From Chiloscyllium plagiosum (taxonomy: Eukaryota): a stretch of DNA of 60,730 nt. Positions 1 to 12,913 of this stretch are shown here, piece by piece; the first letter of the stretch is position 1; every line of letters starts with the position of its first letter. The position numbers were made by a program, and so were the translations under genes. Below the pieces are notes generated by a model. The model was not told where the DNA came from. It saw only the letters and a list, made by a program, of their open reading frames with translations, and did no database searches. The stretch lies in the NCBI RefSeq assembly GCF_004010195.1, contig NC_057718.1:77940318-78001047 (forward strand), written 5' to 3'.

Positions 1-999
1 CACATCCGACAAGCGCATTTCACTCTACCAAAGGCCATTTTTGCTCCTTCACAATCTACAGACCCAGAAAATAACACCGTCTTATTCATCTGCAAAACAC
101 TGTCCTAAGTTAAATTAATAGTTATGGCTTATATTTTAAGTTTAATCAAGAGACATATCTGAAAAAACATATAATCAAGAAAAAACTCACTAATGTAGAC
201 TTTCTGTAGGTCACACTTAAAAACAATACAATACACTTATCTGCTTCTGTGCAGTGAACTTCGCCCAAACAGTTCCTCCAAGATCAGTTGTGAATTTCAC
301 TGCTAATTTTCCCAGGTGCACTCCGATGTCCAATGATGCGTGAATTCAAACAGCAAAGGCAGTAACTGTGCAGGTTCACTGCTCTGTCATCTCTCTCTCT
401 CTCTCTGTCTCTCCTGCACTGACCTCACCATGTGCTTCCTTTGTCTGTTCTTCTCTCTTTTAAAACTGCCGTTGTTTCGACTTTTGTTTTTCCAAAGTTC
501 CAAAACAATGCAACAGCATATGAAACAGTAATTGCTGCTCCTGGAATTCGAGAAATCACCTCCAGCACCTAAAATACCTCAAGAAAGGAGCAGCTGTTAG
601 AGCCAGAAATATTTCCCATCCTCCATCTTGTGGATTACCCAGAATCCTCAATCTTAGCAAAATGCAACACTTTGCATTTATCTACATTAAGCTCCAAGCG
701 CCACTTCACTTTTAGTAAGTAACACTGTTTGGGGGAATAAAGTGTCAAATGCAGGGAGAATGCCTGTAACTGAAAAATAATAGAAATGCATTATTTTAAC
801 AGTTAATAAACAACTGCAAAAAAAAATGCATTGATTTTTGTTCAACGGATGTTGTATGCTGTTGAAGTACTCCAGGTTCTGCACAGGCCCCAGAAAAATT
901 AAACTGGATATTATGGTGAAAGTCACTTTTGGCTAAAGATTAATGCGATACTTCTGTTTGGCTTTCTGAGCCAAGGTTGTTCAACCAGCTTGATGTCTA

Positions 1000-2400
1000 C
1001 CACTATAATGTTCCCTTTTAATTTTTCTCGAACCTGTGCAGAACCAGGAGTCATCTAGCTGCATGCTGCATCTATTGAGCGGAAGTCGTAATGCAAATTT
1101 TTTGTAGTTTGTTCATTAACTACTAGAAGTGTGCATTTATATTTCAGTTACAAGCATCCTACCTGCATATGCCATTTCTTCTCCCATCCTCTTTCTCTTC
1201 CCACTCCACATAATGTTAAGTATTAAAAGTGTGCAATCATATTTTATAATTGCAGGTATTCTACCTACAAAAATAAACGAAACTGTTTGCTTGGCTCAGA
1301 AGTCTGGGGACACCTTTAGTGGTGATGCTGTGATCAAATGCATGCCACTCTTGTGATTCCTCTTGAAATTTGTATTTCAGGTTTTCATGTCGCAGTTGAA
1401 TAAATTGAAGGACTGTTGGGAGCAGCCTGAATCTCCTTAACTACTTCACTCTGATAAACACATTCACCCAAATACTGAGCCTGATTGACCTTGGCCTTTG
1501 CAAATTGCATAGCTTCACTTGTCAAATAGCTTCTCTGCAAGAAGAATTTGCAAAGAGATGCCAGTTTACTGAGAACCCCATTCAGATCTGTCAATACAAT
1601 GCAGTATTGTGGCTTTCTGAGCATCTACAGGTAGTATTTGTTTATTGGGTCATTGCACATAAATTGCTCTCTGCAATACATAGTTTTGCATTAGTATACT
1701 GTGTATGTCAAAATGGCACTGTCACACTGAGACTTTGGAAAGATCTTCAAATTGTCCTTTTTCACGGTTGATCTGCTGAACATTATGCAAAGTCTTAGTT
1801 GTCAATTATGCAAGATATTGAAATACTATGTCCAAATACCATATTCTCAGATTTTCTCAGTAAGCAGCACAGTGCTGTTCCTGAAAATGTTTGATTTGAA
1901 TCATAATATTGTGGCTATTCCATCTGATGTGAATATCACTAACTTCTGTAAATCAAGGTCGTTGTTAACATAAAGTTGCTTGATTGTTATCAGAGTGGAG
2001 GCACTGTCCCAAGCAGTTGTTTCAAAATTCCAGCAAAAAGTCTTGTAAGCAAGTGTAGATTGTTGGTGAAACTTGATGTACAAAATGAAAGTTTTTTTAG
2101 TGTATAAAAATACAGAAATTTCAGCACAATCAATGTATAACTATGCAATTTGAGCAATTCATCCAGGAACTATATGCTGAAGCCTATACACTGTACACAT
2201 TTGAAGGCTTAATTCTTGATGTGCCAGCTCTCAGTAAACTCTGTGTAGTTCACCACATGATCATCAATGCTATACTTGCAGTAAAGTTAAATGCATACAT
2301 GCACAGAAACATGTATGCATTTAACTTTACTACAAGTATAGCATTGAGAGCTTCCACCATATCTGAATCCTCTGTTTCATAACAAGTGAAGATCTTTGAT
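1000..2400 (-). mobile_element. Highly decayed hAT-superfamily (ZNF862/Buster-like) transposase fossil
   Basis: Minus strand reads ...YIKF...DLDLQKLVIFTSDGIATIL (ORF 1901..2083), then after a frameshift QEQHCAAY*ENL (CxxH-like motif). Many stops; boundaries approximate. Confidence 0.5.
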
Positions 2401-2587
2401 TCATATTCTGTTTCTGTGTTGAAGATGACATATTGGTTTTGATGACCTCAAAGCCTTTCTGTTTTGAAATGTGTTCAGGATTTATTTTTTGAAGACTCAT
2501 TTGCTTTCCTTTTGGGTATATTTTAAACTTGCCAATAAATCTAAGCTTTAAAATCTAAAAGACAAATATAATCTGCTATTTGCATCA

Positions 2588-2672
2588 TCACTCACTCACT
2601 CACACTCACTCACTCACTCACTCACTCACTCACTCACTCACTCACTCACTCACTCACTCACTCACTCACTCA
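2588..2672. repeat. (CACT)n tetranucleotide microsatellite
   Basis: About 20 CACT units with one CA interruption. Confidence 0.97.
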
Positions 2673-2689
2673 TCCAAGCCTTGTGTCTG

Positions 2690-3780
2690 ATCCTCTTGAT
2701 CACTGCTGAGCGGACTATAAGTTGTTCCAAACTCCCTGATCCTGTTCCTACACCTTTCAGTTTGAGTTCCTAACTAGATGTGATGGCTTTTTCCCCTTTT
2801 CAGAGCCTGCGTCAACAACCGCAAATTTTTACAATCTATATGGAGAAGCAGTTGCATGGTTAAGTAAAGAGTTTACATGACCTGAGCATTGTTCTGACAT
2901 GCTGGCAATCCCAGGATTCGTGAGCTTTTTGTACGTGATGTCAAGAATGTGTTGCATAGAGGATTCCTTCATTGGCTATCCATTCACCACCACGGGGAGG
3001 TGTTGCGAGGAGGTTTGGAGGAGGGGTGTTCTTTAGGCCTTTTGAATGTGGGTGCTTGGTATGTAGATGATAAAGCGTGCGTGGATTTCATTTTCTTGAT
3101 GCACAGCTGCACATGTGTGCAGTCTACAAGGTATGTTAATAGCAGAGTGGGTTTATGCTACCATGGAGTTGCAGATTATGGTTGAATGTAGTTCTGTTGA
3201 TGACTCTCAGCACTTTGAGTATCCAGTTTGAATTGCTCGATGTGTTCAAAATCTATCCTGTTTTGTAATGTTGTAGTGCCACAGAAAAATGAAGGATATC
3301 CTCAATGTGAAACTGGGATGACTTCTCCAGAAAGGCTGTGTGGTAATCACTTCTATTTATACTGTGATGGACAGACAGATCTGCAACAGGTGGTTTGGTG
3401 AGGGCCAGATCAAGTGGATGTTCCCTGTAATTGGTTCCCACAGCCTGCCATGAACTAAGTCGAGCAACGCTGTTGTTTACCTACTGAGCTGGCCCGTCCT
3501 ACCAAGCTGCTCTTGTTGATTGGCATTGAAGTCCCCACCAGAATACATTGTGTCCTTGCCTTCCTCGTACTTCTTTCAAGTGGTCAACATGGAGGAGAGT
3601 TGTTTCATCAACTGGTACAAGGAGACAGATTAATCCATCTCTCTGCCTCCGTAAGGTCCCCAGTAGTACGTGCCAGTCTTGAGTCAGTTCAAATAATTCC
3701 ATGTATAAATGGTATTCAGCACAAGGTTTTCTTGCTCTTGTTTAATGCTATGAGACTTCACGAGGTTCAGGTAGAATCAT
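2690..3780 (-). mobile_element. Decayed CR1-clade LINE ORF2 fragment (endonuclease region)
   Basis: ORF 3253..3441(-) LDLALTKPPVADLSVHHSINRSDYH resembles the APE endonuclease LD...SDH motif; GDFNA-like sequence near 3525. Confidence 0.6.
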
Positions 3781-5048
3781 AGAATCCCTACAGTGTTGAG
3801 AATTTCTCGGGCTGTTCTCTCCTTCCTGTTTATTAATGTTACCACCTGCAGTGCATCGCAAATGGCTTTCCTTTCTTCCTTTAGCTCCCTTTGTGTCCTT
3901 CTCATAGTCAACTAGTGTTCCATTCCGCTGTGGGTGTGTAACCTCCACCCAGCTCCCTGTGGTCCACCATATCCCTGACCCTCTGCAGTGTCTCCCAGTC
4001 TTTACTGACCCCTAACTGCAGTCCCCTCCTCCCAACACACTCTGGGAAGTCAGACGAAGAATGGGCTGACTGTCATTTCCCTCCTCCCCACGGCATCGCC
4101 TCCTATGCCTATCATTACCATAGCAGACATATACGGTTTGGCACCAAGCCTTGAGTCAAAGCATTTGTGTTATTTTGCTCCTGCAATCACATCTTGTGCC
4201 CCTCTCACTTTGTGGCCCAGGCCCACTTGTTTGATAAGCCTAAATTAGAACTGACAGATGTAAAGGTGGTATGTTTTGTTGGTGATTTATTTGGAGCAAC
4301 ACAGAATACCAGCACGATATTTTAATTGTATACAAATAGGAAGTTGCAGTTGATCTGTCTAGTTTCTTGAGAATTGATTAGGGAATAAGTCTATGCATGT
4401 TTTGCTATTGTATACTTGGAAGGTTCCACACTGCTTCCAGTTATTTAAGTACTGAAAGATAGCTGCATTTAGGTTGTATAGATTTGAAATGAGATATGGC
4501 AATATATTTTTTCCCTATAAAAGAGAACTTCAAAGATTATTTAATGTGTAGTCAAACCATATGTACCATCAAGTCCATTGATTTATCATCATTGTATATT
4601 TATTGTACTACAATTGACTCCATAGTACTGTTTCAGTAAGGAGAAAATCAGTTTGGAAAATTATTTCCAGATCGCTATCTAGGAATATTTCTCTTAAAAT
4701 TATTCATGTGAATCTAATAGCCTGACTATTTGAATAATCTACCACTTGATTAAAGTGCTAGTGACCAGCATGTATGGATAACCTTTGTCAACAGGAAATT
4801 TGCTGACTTCAGGAAAGGAGCTAGTTAAACCAACATTTAAAATTAAACGCTTTGAATAATGGTAAATACCTTAGACACTTCCAGGTGGTAGCCTATAATG
4901 ACTGAGAAAAGGGAGGAAACAAATCTTTTATCTATCTGGCCGTCTAAAGTTGTCAAACTCTAAACTGCCACCTTCAGATTTGAATCTCGTTTTTAGTGGC
5001 CGGTGTTCAGAAGTGATGCATCCTCTTCTGCTCAGCTTCTCTCAGTTG

Positions 5049-5128
5049 AAAATCACACAACACCAGGTCATAGTCCACCAGATTTATTTGGAAGTGCAAG
5101 CTTTCAGAGTGCTGGCCCTTTTTTCAGG
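5049..5128 (-). mobile_element. Penelope-like terminal fragment (second family) with decayed hammerhead motif
   Basis: aaaatcacacaacaccaggtcatagtccaccagatttatttggaag...ctttcagagtgctggccc...caggg. Minus strand gives CTGAAAAAAGGGCCAGCACTCTGAAAGC, a degenerate CUGAnGA..GAAA. Confidence 0.55.
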
Positions 5129-6665
5129 GATTAAGCAAGGGCAGTCGTACTGAAATGGACAAGAGAGCAAAGGTATTTGAGTAGTATAGTAATATATCAA
5201 ACGCACAGGGGCCAGGAATGTTAATACAGCACAGTCGCAGTTGATATGTGAAGTGACTGGGAAAAAAAAATGTAATAGCTGTAAGTTTTTACAAAAAATC
5301 TATCATACTTCAGGTTGAGGCTTTTGAACCATTGAGACGATGGGGACATGGGCTAGCTAGGAACCTGTGCATTTCCTGTGATGAAAGGACTTAAGAACTT
5401 GAAACTTCTAAGAGTTAGTGGAGTCCACAAAGAAAGCTGTGATGTTGGTCGATGGTTCTGTAATGAGAAAGGTATTGATTCCCAAGCTATGTTAAATGTG
5501 GAATCCAAATAAAAATGTGATTCCAATGCGGGAGGAGTACTTAGATTATGACACTGGGGAATCTGATTTTTCAGCAAGCCTTCAGTAAAATTCTTTAAGT
5601 CTACTCTGAAACTACAAGCAATATAACATAGTTCCATTCAGGTAGTTGAGTCTGCCATTCAGTTAGATGCCTAATCATGCATGTCATGGTGCAGGAAAGG
5701 GACTCTCTTGTGAAATTGGGTAGAATCATTGTAGATTGAGAGACAGAAAGTTAGAATTTGGTGTTTGTAAAATGGCGAAGGCCTTGCATGTTGCTTTTTC
5801 TGCGCTTAGAGATTGAACTGGATGTCTGTGAGCAGCAGCTTGAGCTTGCCATTGCACAGAGAGCTAGAACAGAAACATTTCCTTCGAAAGGCCATACAGT
5901 TAGCAGGCTAAGGAGCAGTTTTTACCAAGACAAGGTTTTTGAATTCAGCCAATCAATCAATTTGAACCAGGCACTTGGATACCAACATTTAAATCTGATA
6001 GTTTTGACAACATAGGACCAGTCCTACATTTAAAAATATTGATATGTCATCAAAGGGATAAGAGGAGAGGGTAGTTGTCCAAACAACCCAGAGCTAACAG
6101 GCCTCAACTCTCGAGAGCATCACTTGCTCTCACTGCCTCATCTGTTTATTAGAGAGAGCACCATCTAAAAAGTAACGATGACGAAGAATCTGATGAAAAG
6201 GTGTTCCTGACAGAAGAACGACACAAGACACACACAGCATTCTAGATGACATGTAACCTGGCTGTAATTTCAATAAACTATTTTTGATGAGTGGGACTTT
6301 TATTTATTGGAACAGCATACCATTATAATCTTGTTTTATTCGGGGATAGTTGGTAGTTCGAAGAGATGTATTTGTTTTCAGTTCATTTGTTCACTGTTAG
6401 AGTTAGATAAATTGTTACTTGTTGATTTTAGAGTTAGATTTATTTTATTTAACCACTAGAAGTTGTTGGAAAGCAGGTTTACACCCTTACACTCCTTTTA
6501 ACAGATTATAGGGCAAGGTGTTCCTGTTTAAGTGTTATGGTTTTAGTTCTTGGGGGCAGGGGGACAATCTCCATCTCCCTTAATGTCATTATTTTCTAGA
6601 AATCTATTAATTTCTGACTTGGACATCATTGAAGCATACCCCTCTATAGTATTCCAGTTCCCAAT

Positions 6666-6885
6666 ACAGTCAGTTCTGTTGTAACAAATGTTTATTCAAT
6701 GCCAATTGGCTATAACGCGATTGAAGAATATAGGCGTTCTTTGTAGAACATTATTTGTAGAACGCGAATTTTCCTTACTTGTATTGCTTATAACCTGATT
6801 CCGGCCCCATTAGTTTAAATGGTGCTGCTGTTACACGATTCTCTTATAATGTGAAGTCTCTCAGGAATGAAACAATCACATTATA
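6666..6885. mobile_element. TA-targeting MITE (pogo/Tigger-like), partial
   Basis: Starts TA-CAGTCAGTTCTGTTGTAAC; body resembles the reverse complement of 15794-16004. Confidence 0.5.
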
Positions 6886-7193
6886 TCTATATTTGCCATC
6901 CTCTGAGTGAAGATATTCCTTTTAATGTCAGTCTGAACCTTGGGATAAAAGGTAAGCTGATTTTGTGCCCTGATTTTATACTCCCCAGCTATGGGAAGCA
7001 TCATTGAAGCTTATAACATTTTTGCAGGGTTTGACAAGATAGGTCAGAATTTTTAACTTTCAGTGAGTTCATGCTTCAAATTTTTAGTGAATACGGAGCC
7101 AGTCTTTTAAAGTTCTGCTCCCAAAACAATTCTGCAATTTGAGGGATTAATCTGATGACACTCCATTGTGTTTTTTTCTGTGGCAAGTATATC

Positions 7194-7497
7194 AGATTAG
7201 ATTACTTAGTGTGGAAACAGGCCCTTCGGCCCAACAAGTCCACACCGACCCGCCGAAGCGCAACCCACCCATACCCCTACATTTACCCCTTTGACCTAAC
7301 ACTATGGGCAATTTAGCATGGCCAATTCACCTGACCCGCACATCTTTGGACTGTGGGAGGAAACCGGAGCACCCGGAGGAAACCCACGCAGACACGGGGA
7401 GAATGTGCAAACTCCACACAGTCAGTCGCCTGAGTCAGGAATTGAACCCGGGTCTCTGGCGCTGTGAGGCAGCAGTGCTAACCACTGTGCCGCCGTG
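7194..7497 (-). mobile_element. HE1-type tRNA-derived V-SINE, young, inserted in an old CR1
   Basis: Minus strand has A box GGCACAGTGG, B box GGTTCAATTCC, V-domain GTGTCTGCGTGGGTTTCCTCCGGGTGCTCCGGTTTCCTCCCAC, a CR1-like tail and (TCTAA)n end. Confidence 0.9.
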
Positions 7498-8829
7498 TCT
7501 CCCTAAATGAGGGGGCCAAAACTGTGCATAATGCTCCAGATGAGTTCTCATCATGATTTTATACAACTGTAGCAAGGCATTTTCACTCCTGTAGTGCTTG
7601 AAATGAGGGTGCAACCTTGATGGGGTCATAGTGCCCCATTATGGCACAATTAGAGTTATTTGCCCACTTCCTAAAATGAATTACACAACACTCTCCTTAC
7701 TACAGATTCAGGTCCTATTCTAATCTTTTCTTCACTTTCTCCATGTTGCCTTCACAATGGACACATGGTAGGCATTCCTGATCAGAATGCTGGAATATTC
7801 TGGAACCCTCTTTCAGTGATAAATTATTTCCCTCATCCTCCCTCATGACAGTGTTGGCCCTAGAGATTTATTCAAATTAAAATGCATCTTCATGAATCTT
7901 GTGGTAAATTATGCCCTTGTGCATCCAGTGGCATCTTTCCAAATTGCTGTTATACCCCTCCCCCTAGCCCTCAATGAATCAAGTCCTATTAGAGCTGAAA
8001 ATATGGGTATGTGGATCAGCTGCAATTTATTTTATAAGTGAAACTGGGAGTTCTTGATCGTTGAATCATTAGTGACAGAAATTGCTTTATCAAATAAAAT
8101 TAATGCTTGCATGCTTTAGGATTATTTGTATGTTCTAAGAGTTTTGATCATGCTCAGTAATATGAGAGTAAACACTTCTGTTTTCAAAAAGAAAAATCTA
8201 CTTGACATTGAAATATTGAAATAAACTGAGTACTACATTCTCAGTTTACTTCAAAGTCTCAAGACATGGAATTGCCAAGTTAATCCAATGCATTTATGAA
8301 TAATTTTTGTGTGGGACTTGTTTTGGCAGCTAATGCAACTAGTTTCTATTGAAATAACTGTAGAATTGGAACAGTGACCAGTGTTAATGAATATCCTTAA
8401 ACAATGGCACATTTCAAGTTAATAGTCGTGGGTTGAGAGTTTATTTTGTATTTGAAGAAAGTTTTCTTTGAGTTCCAGATTTCTATGTAACAAGAAGTCC
8501 TTTAGAGAAGGAAATTTGCTTTCTGTACTTGTCAAACCTACATGTGACTTCAGATCCACAGTAGTATGATTTGGCTCTTAGCCCCCGTCTGAACTGACCT
8601 GGCAAGCCACTTGTTTGTATCCAAAAGCTAAGAAAAAGTTGAAAATCAGAACAGGATGCAGCATTCAAGATAAACCAAAAAAGACGCTGGATACAACTAG
8701 TCCAGCCCAGTCATCTCTGTGTAGTATTCCTCTTGGAATTTGTACCAAAATTTAGAGTGCCCACTAATGGACAAATGAAGTGCATCTTGTAATACTGTCA
8801 GAATATCCCAGACTCTTGCATCACTACTG

Positions 8830-9338
8830 AGTCATAGTCATGCAGCACGGAAACACACCCTTCGATCCAACCAGTCCCTGCCAAACATAATCCCAAACTA
8901 AACTAGTGCCACCTACCTGTTCCTGGTCCTCCTTTTATATCCCTCCAAACATTTCCTATTTATATACTTATCCAAAGGTATTTTAAACGTTGTAATTGTA
9001 ACCACATCTACCACTTCCTCGAAGATCATTCCACATGTGAACCACAGTTTGTGTAAAAATATCTACCCCTCATACTTTTCTTAAATCTCTCTCTCACCTT
9101 TAATGTGCACCCAGTCTTTCCATCCTAGGAAAAAGACAGCTACACTGAACCCTATGCTATCCTCCTTACCACTGTAATGTCTCCACTCAACCTCCTATGC
9201 TGCTGTGAAAAAAAAACCTAGGCTATCCAGCCTTTCTTTATAACTGAAACCTTCTATATCCAGCAGCATTCTGGTAAATCTCTGCAAAACCGCTTTAGCT
9301 TAATAAAATCTTCCTGTAATTAGGTGACTAGGACTGAA
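8830..9338 (-). mobile_element. Old CR1 LINE 3' end (resumes at about 11884-12160)
   Basis: gagtcatagtcatgcagcacggaaacacacccttcg is the reversed CR1 tail; ends at a VQxWSP-like motif. Confidence 0.75.
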
Positions 9339-9825
9339 CTGAAAATGTGTTGCTGGAAAAGCGCAGCAGGTCAGGCAGCATCCAAGGAACAGGAGAATCA
9401 ACGTTTCGGGCATAAGCCCTTCTTCAGGAATGAGGAAAGTGTGTCCAGCAGGCTAAGATAAAAGGTAGGGAGGAGGGACTTGGGGGAGGGGCTTTGGAAA
9501 TGCGATAGGTGGAGGGAGGTCAAGGTGAGGGTGATAGGCCGGAGTGGGGTGGGGGCGGAGAGGTCAGGAAGAAGATTGCAGGTTAGGAAGGCGGTGCTGA
9601 GTTCGAGGGATTTGACTGAGACAAGGTGGGGGGAGGGGAAATGAGGAAACTGGAGAAATGTGAGTTCATCCCTTGTGGTTGGAGGGTTCCCAGGCAGATG
9701 ATGCGCTCTTCCTCCAACCGTCATGTTGCCATGGTCTGGCGATGGAGGAGACCATGGCAACACGACGGTTGGAGGAAGAGCGCCTCATCTTCTGCCTGGG
9801 AACCCTCCAACCACAAGGGATGAAC
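9339..9825 (-). mobile_element. Penelope-like element 3' portion with hammerhead motif and a fold-back end
   Basis: Terminal repeat as at 18806/57829/58853; minus-strand CTGAAGAAGGGCTTATGCCCGAAACGTT at 9400-9427; ORF C-terminus ...TMATRRLEEERLIFCLGTLQPQGMN; inverted arms 9664-9737 and 9749-9825. Confidence 0.8.
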
Positions 9826-9856
9826 ATGCGGAACCTTTTCTGAAGAAAGACCAAGT

Positions 9857-11880
9857 AGAAGACAACGTTAGATTCGTGAACCGTGGATGACAGGAGAAAT
9901 TGTACGACTAGTCAAGAGGAAAAGGGAAGCATATTTAAGGTCTAGGCAGCTAAGAACAGAACGGTCCCTGGAAGAATATCGGAAGCATTGGACAAATCTT
10001 AAACGAGGAATCAAGTGGGCTAAAAGGGGTCATGAAATAGCTTTAGCGAGCAGTATTAAGGAGAATCCCAAAGCATTGTATTCTTATATAAGAAGCAAAC
10101 AGGTAACTAGAGAAAGGATTGATCCACTAAGGGATAACTAAGGAAGGCTGTGTCTCAAACCTGAGAGAATGGGTGAGTTTCTGAATGATAACTTTGCATC
10201 AGTGTTCACTGGTGAGAGGACCATGATGAATGTTGAGATTCAAGATAGAAGTTTGATTAGTCTGGATCAAGTTGACATAAGTAAGGAAGATGTGTTGGGT
10301 AGGCTAGGGGTTATTCAGGTGGACAAATCCCCAGGACCGGATGGAATCTATCCCAGGTTGCTGAGGGAGGCGAGAAAGGAAATAGCTGGGGCCCTGGCAG
10401 ATATCTTTGTGGCATCCTTAAATGCAGGTGAGGTGCTGGAGGACTGGAGGGTTGCTCATTTTGTCCCCCTGTACAAGAAGGATAGTAGGGATATTCTGGG
10501 TAACTACAGACCAGTGAGCCTTGCGTCGGTGGTGGGAAAATTGCTGGAGAAGGTACTGAGGGATAGGATCTATTTATATTTGGAGAAGAATGGGCTTATC
10601 AATGATAAGCAACATGGTTTTGTGGGGGAGGTTATGCCTTACCAACTTCATAGAGTTCTTCAAGGAAGTGACCAAGTTGATAGATGAAGGAAGGACTGTT
10701 GATGTCATATATGTGGACTTTAGTAAGGCGTTTGATAAGGTTCCCCATGGTAGACTAATGGAGAAAGTGAAGTCATATGGTATGCAGGGTGTTATAGCTA
10801 GGTGGATAAAGAACTGGTTGAGCCACAGGAGACAGTAGAAGTTGAAGGATGTTTCACAAAATGAGAAAGGTGACCAGTGATGTTCCACAGAGGTCAGTGT
10901 TGGGGCCACTGTTGTTTGTAATATACATAAATGATCTGGAAGAGGGCACTGTTGGTATGATCAGCAAGTTTGCAGATGACATGAAGATTGGTGGAGTAGC
11001 AGAAAGCATAAGGGACTGTCAGAGAATACAGGAGGATGTAGATAGACTGGAGAGTTGGGCGGAAAAGTGGCAGATGGATTTCCATCCAGAGAAATGCGAG
11101 GTGATGCATTTAGGCAAGACTAATTCTAAAGTGAATTATACAATGAACGAAAGAGCCTTTGGAAAAGTTGATGGGCAGAGAAATTTGAGTGCGTGTCTAT
11201 TGTACCCTGAAGGTTGCTGCACAGGTGAATAGAGTGGTCAAGAAGGCATATAGTATGCTTGCCTTCATTGGATGGGGTATTGAGCATAAGAACTGGCAAG
11301 TCATGTTAACATTGTACAAGACATTGGTTTGGCCACATTTAGAATACTGTGTACAGTTCTGATCGCCACATTACCAAGCGGATGTGGACGCTTTGGAGAT
11401 GGTGCAGAGAAGGTTTAGGAGGATATTGCCTGGTATGGAAGGTGCTAGCTATGAAGAAAGGTTGAGTAGGTTATGTTTATTTTCATTAGAAAAAAAGGAG
11501 ATTGAGGGGTGACCTGATTGACGTTTATAAAATCATGAAGGGCATAGACAAGGTGGTTAGAACAAGCTTTTTCCCAGGGTGAAGGATTCAATAATGAGAG
11601 ATCACGCTTTCAAGGTGAGAGGTGGAAAGTTTAAGGGGGATACACGCTGTAAGTACTTCACACAGAAGGTGGTGGGCGTTTCGAACACGTTGCCAGCAGA
11701 GGTGGTAGAGGGAGGCACAGTAGATTCATTTAAGATGCATCTGGATAAATGCATGAGTAGGTGGGGAGTAGAGGGATACAGATGCTTAAGAATTGACCGA
11801 CAGGTTTAGACAGTACATTTGGATCGGCTCAGGCTTGGGCTGAAGGGCCTGTTCCTGGGCTATAAATTTTCTTTGTTCTT
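9857..11880 (+). mobile_element. 5'-truncated, relatively young CR1 LINE (frameshifted ORF2)
   Basis: ORFs 10169..10687 (KSPGPDGIYP, NYRPVSL), 10590..10838 (YVDFSKAFDKVPH) and 10849..11232 (VPQRSVLGP, KFADD); 3' tail gaagggcctgttcctgggctat...ttctttgttc. Confidence 0.93.
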
Positions 11881-12277
11881 CTTAACATCTGCTCCGCCCT
11901 AGTCATTCTTTTTGGTTACCTCTTCAAAAAACTTAGTTGAGTTAGTGAGACACTATTTTCCTCACAACCATTCTGACTATCCCTGATCAATTCTTGCTTC
12001 TCTCGATATCCATAAATTCTGTATTTTAAAATATCTCCAACGATTACCCACAGCCAAAATTAGACACTCGGGTATGTAGTTCCTCAGTTTCTTCTTACAA
12101 CCCTTCTTAAACAAAGATACAACATTAGCCACCCTTCAGTCATAAAGCATTTCACCCTGCCTGGTATGTCTTGTTCTAACAACAATACAGACCTCCTGGA
12201 GCCCGTGGCAGAGCGTGCAATCTGAAAGATTGGCTTTAATGTACCTTAATATACACCTTAACACTCATTCTAAAGTA

Positions 12278-12913
12278 CAGAGGAACCTCGATTACCTGAA
12301 TACCAATTATCTGGAAATCGGATTATCCAAAGGAGATCTCTAGGTCCTGACAGAAACATTACATCAAAGACGTGTTTCCAACAGTGATCACGTCTTTTGC
12401 TTACAGTGATTAAACAGGCATCCTCTCCAAATGACTAACTTCATACCCTCCCTCTCTCTCCCCACACTTTCCCTGGAGTTCTACAGAGGAGTGTACCCTA
12501 AACACCACCCCCCCAGCAATCCCCAGATTCTCACTAACATTGTACAGGGCAAACGTGGAACCTGTCAAAAAGTTGTATCTGTGGCTGTGTGCGCGCGTGC
12601 TATTTGAGACTTACCACGCAAAGGCGGCAGCAGCAGTCTTGGTGTACAGTCCGGCTGCCCCAGAGAGGGCATGCGGCGGGGTGATGATGGAGAAGGTTTG
12701 CTGACAGGGGTGGCCTTGGATGGAATCAGGGGTGGGGCTGGGTGGCAGGGGTGGGGGCTCGCATGCTGTGCTGCTGCTAGTTTCCTGAACGAGAAGCAGA
12801 CTTTTAAAACTCTGAGCCCCAGAGGAGAGGCATTTAATCAATTGACTGAATAATCGATTATCCGAACGAAATAGTGCCTGCCCATCTCGTTCGGATAATC
12901 AAGGTTCCCCTTG
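12278..12913. mobile_element. Non-autonomous pogo/Tigger-like DNA transposon
   Basis: Left TA+CAGAGGAACCTCGATTACCTGAA and right TTCGGATAATCAAGGTTCCCCTTG form imperfect TIRs; internal GATTATCC repeats. Confidence 0.7.

Noticed and set aside
1..650. Possible LINE 5' UTR on the minus strand
   Set aside because: Looks repeat-like, but it is cut by the window edge and has no diagnostic motif.
2588..2672. CRISPR-like or other functional array
   Set aside because: Simple tetranucleotide microsatellite in eukaryotic DNA; no spacers.
5780..6590. Possible solo LTR (CCAAT-like, AATAAA, U5-like segment)
   Set aside because: Could not identify TG...CA termini, a TSD or a second copy.
7420..7497. tRNA gene (A and B boxes on minus strand; also about 26060-26137)
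   Set aside because: It is the tRNA-derived head of a V-SINE, followed by the V-domain and LINE-like tail.
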